A stretch of DNA of 63,839 nt, counting the filler, from Octopus bimaculoides (Eukaryota): the NCBI RefSeq assembly GCF_001194135.2. It is 6 parts of 5 records of this genome, joined end to end, with 100 filler letters (N's around TTAATTAATTAA, not from the genome) between each part and the next. Parts side by side here need not be neighbours in the genome. Positions count along the whole stretch, not along the records: positions 61,422 to 63,839 come from NC_068981.1; 5 more parts are not named here. The stretch is one strand, 5' to 3'. Each line of letters begins with the position of its first letter. Within the stretch, counting starts at the first letter, position 1. Position numbers and translations under genes: made by a program. Below the pieces are notes generated by a model that worked only from the letters and a program-made list of their open reading frames with translations, was not told the origin of the DNA and did not search any database. Below are positions 61,470 through 63,839 of the stretch, piece after piece.

Positions 61470-61985
61470 GTATGTGTGTTTCTGTGTGTGTGTACACAAA
61501 CACAGACAGCCTGTAATCTTTATCAATACGAAATTAATCAACATTACTATTTTACTGCTTATGGATTACTATGAAATCTATTTGGTGAAAGTTACACAAT
61601 AGTTCCATTCTGTAAGGCTCCTTCATTGGGATTTCAACAATACCAATGGGGTATTTTTGTATGTATGCATGCATGTATATGTGCAATATTTGGAGTCAGT
61701 GCTTGTGCAGTTTTGTATGTTTGTTTTATTCTCATGCAGTGCATGTCTAGATATACATGTATATGCAAGTTTATGCATGAGAATACATAAGGAAAACAAA
61801 ACATACAAATCTGCACATTCACTGACTCCAAATACTGTACATATACATACATGCAAATATACTTTGTTAATGTTGTTGAAATTCCAATGAAGGAGCCTTA
61901 GATCTCGGTTAGAAACCGGCTCTTTCTCTATTGGCAAGAAATCTTGAAAAAAAAAACTGAATAATGACATACATACATGCATACA

Positions 61986-62019
<34 letters not shown>

Positions 62020-63467
62020 CATACATATATATATACATAAATATATACATATACACACATTCATACAAATATATACGCGTGTATGTGCGGGTGTATACTC
62101 ATTCACACATGCACACAAATTTCATCCCACCATCTTTGAATGTAAAACCTCATCTAAATGTTCTGTGCCACGGACAAAAAGGGAAATGTCACAGCTGGAA
62201 TTGCTTTTGACCATAGGTTTACCTGAGTCTAAACAACAACATCAACCAAGCTTACTTGGATATTCACTACACATAAATAATAAAGCTGGATTTTTACTCT
62301 GAAATGAAAAAAATAAAAAAATAAAAACATGGAAGAAAAAAGAATGAAAACAAAAACAAAAAACGTAATCCAACATTAAAATGTTTTTAATATCATTTCT
62401 ACTTCCCATCAATTTCTTGAATCTGAAAAAATTAATGAAAAAAAAAACAAAAAAAAAACAAGGGAAAAATCAGAAAAGAAAAAAAACACTTTGACTTTGA
62501 TATCTATAAATATAATCTGATCTATGTTGTTCATTTGATATATATTTTTCTTATATTTTTGTTTATATAAACATTTATAATTGTTTCAGACTACGAATAT
62601 TGATGTTTTATCAATACCTTTCAGTTTTACATATACGTAAGTGTGCAAGAGGAGTACAAGTTTTAATGTACCTGAATGTGTAATCTATAAAAGAAAAATT
62701 ATGCACGTATGCGTCCCTTTTTGTGAATATACGTGTAACGGTTGCGTTTTTGGTGGTAGTCGAGGGTCACCAATTGTAACGATAATTGTTTTTGTTTGTG
62801 TAGCGTTGTGGGTTGTCAATTGTAACGGTTATAAGATGAACGATGGACATGAGATCGAAGTTGTAAAGAAATATTTATTTACCGTTACTTTAATAAATGC
62901 CATACCACGATGGGTTGGTTAGTGTAATAGTATAGCATAGTTCGTAAAGCATGCAAGGTAAAGAAAGTTATAGACTGAGATATGGTAATGTTACAGAGAA
63001 AAGTGAGTGAGCTAGTGAAAGTTGTAGGGTGTGCGACGTTGTCTCACAGCTGCTGGCAGTAAACTTCATTTCTCCCTCTGGCCAAGGTTCTAGCTGGTCA
63101 GCCAGACTTCGTTCTCATTGAGTCGTCACCGACTGGTGACTGAACTGGTTGAGTCGTCACCGACTGGTGACTAAACTAAATTTTTCTTGGGGTTTCCTTG
63201 CTTTTATAACAATCCAGAAGGATAGATATATTATTGAGAACAATAGATTTAATTGGTGGTCTTGTTATCTCTATTCTAGCTTTTGGTGATGTAGAAGACG
63301 TTAGAAAGGGTCAAGTGGTGAAGACATTGTTTCGGCCTAGCTAAAGGCATCTGGAAAATATTAAACTGCTGTCAGAGAAAAAACCATTGTTCCACTGTGG
63401 GAAAAGTTCTGTTGCAGTGTTGATTTAAATTTGGCTGTAGTGGATCGAATCCACTTCATGCATGCAT

Positions 63468-63839
63468 ATGGAACGTCTTTATCTGCCAAGAAAAGAGGGA
63501 GGCCGTGGACATCTACAGCTGGCATTAACAATGAAGGTAGCCACAATTGGCCTAGACACCTATCTGAAAAACTCTGAGGACTGGATGCTAAAACTTGTCT
63601 CAAAACATGAAAGCAAGAAAGCATCTTACTCAGTAACAAAACAGGCAAAGGAATATCTAAGTGAATTCCAATTACAACAAATTCAAGAATTAAACGAACT
63701 AGAAACACCCACAGAAAAAGCTAAGCGCTTGAAAACCCGTGCTAAAATTGCTGCCTTAGATATTACGACTGATAAATGGCATGGGAAACCTCTCAATGGC
63801 AAATACCCAAAGAGAGCGAATAATGCAGATATTGACAAA
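63468..63839 (+). mobile_element. R4/Dong-clade ORF fragment, open to the window edge
   Basis: 124 uninterrupted codons MERLYLPRKEGGRGHLQL...DKWHGKPLNGKYPKRANNADIDK, containing the RLYLPRKEGGRG and W..KPL.G.Y post-RT motifs. Confidence 0.88.

Overview
Eukaryotic, AT-rich, repeat-dominated, gapped scaffold sequence. There are no prokaryotic features, operons, CRISPR arrays, rRNA or true tRNA genes. The repeat repertoire is what I would expect of an octopod cephalopod, probably Octopus (inference): three tRNA-headed SINE families, Penelope-like elements (PLEs), RTE and R4/Dong non-LTR retrotransposons, Tigger/pogo, maT-mariner, hAT and other MITEs, a non-autonomous Helitron, and very abundant microsatellites. 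Almost every ORF in the supplied track is a microsatellite, N-gap or decayed-TE artefact. No complete host gene can be assembled. Only isolated exon candidates exist; the best is a minus-strand terminal exon at 24080-24228. The main observations are: (1) five minimal type-I hammerhead ribozyme motifs, two near-intact, plus half-motifs, in apparently four or five different PLE terminal repeats within the first 17 kb, with inverted duplications that break inside the hammerhead; (2) a hallmark-complete Helitron carrying a spliceable, open exon-like segment; (3) a sharply CpG-depleted domain (~19.4-31.3 kb) that looks like a methylated gene body and contains the best exon, a 7-nt microexon candidate and a co-oriented SINE array; (4) repeated R4/Dong fragments and an uncharacterised (TAA)n-tailed retroposon associated with trinucleotide arrays. 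All coordinates and counts were read by hand. Element boundaries are approximate unless exact motifs are quoted.
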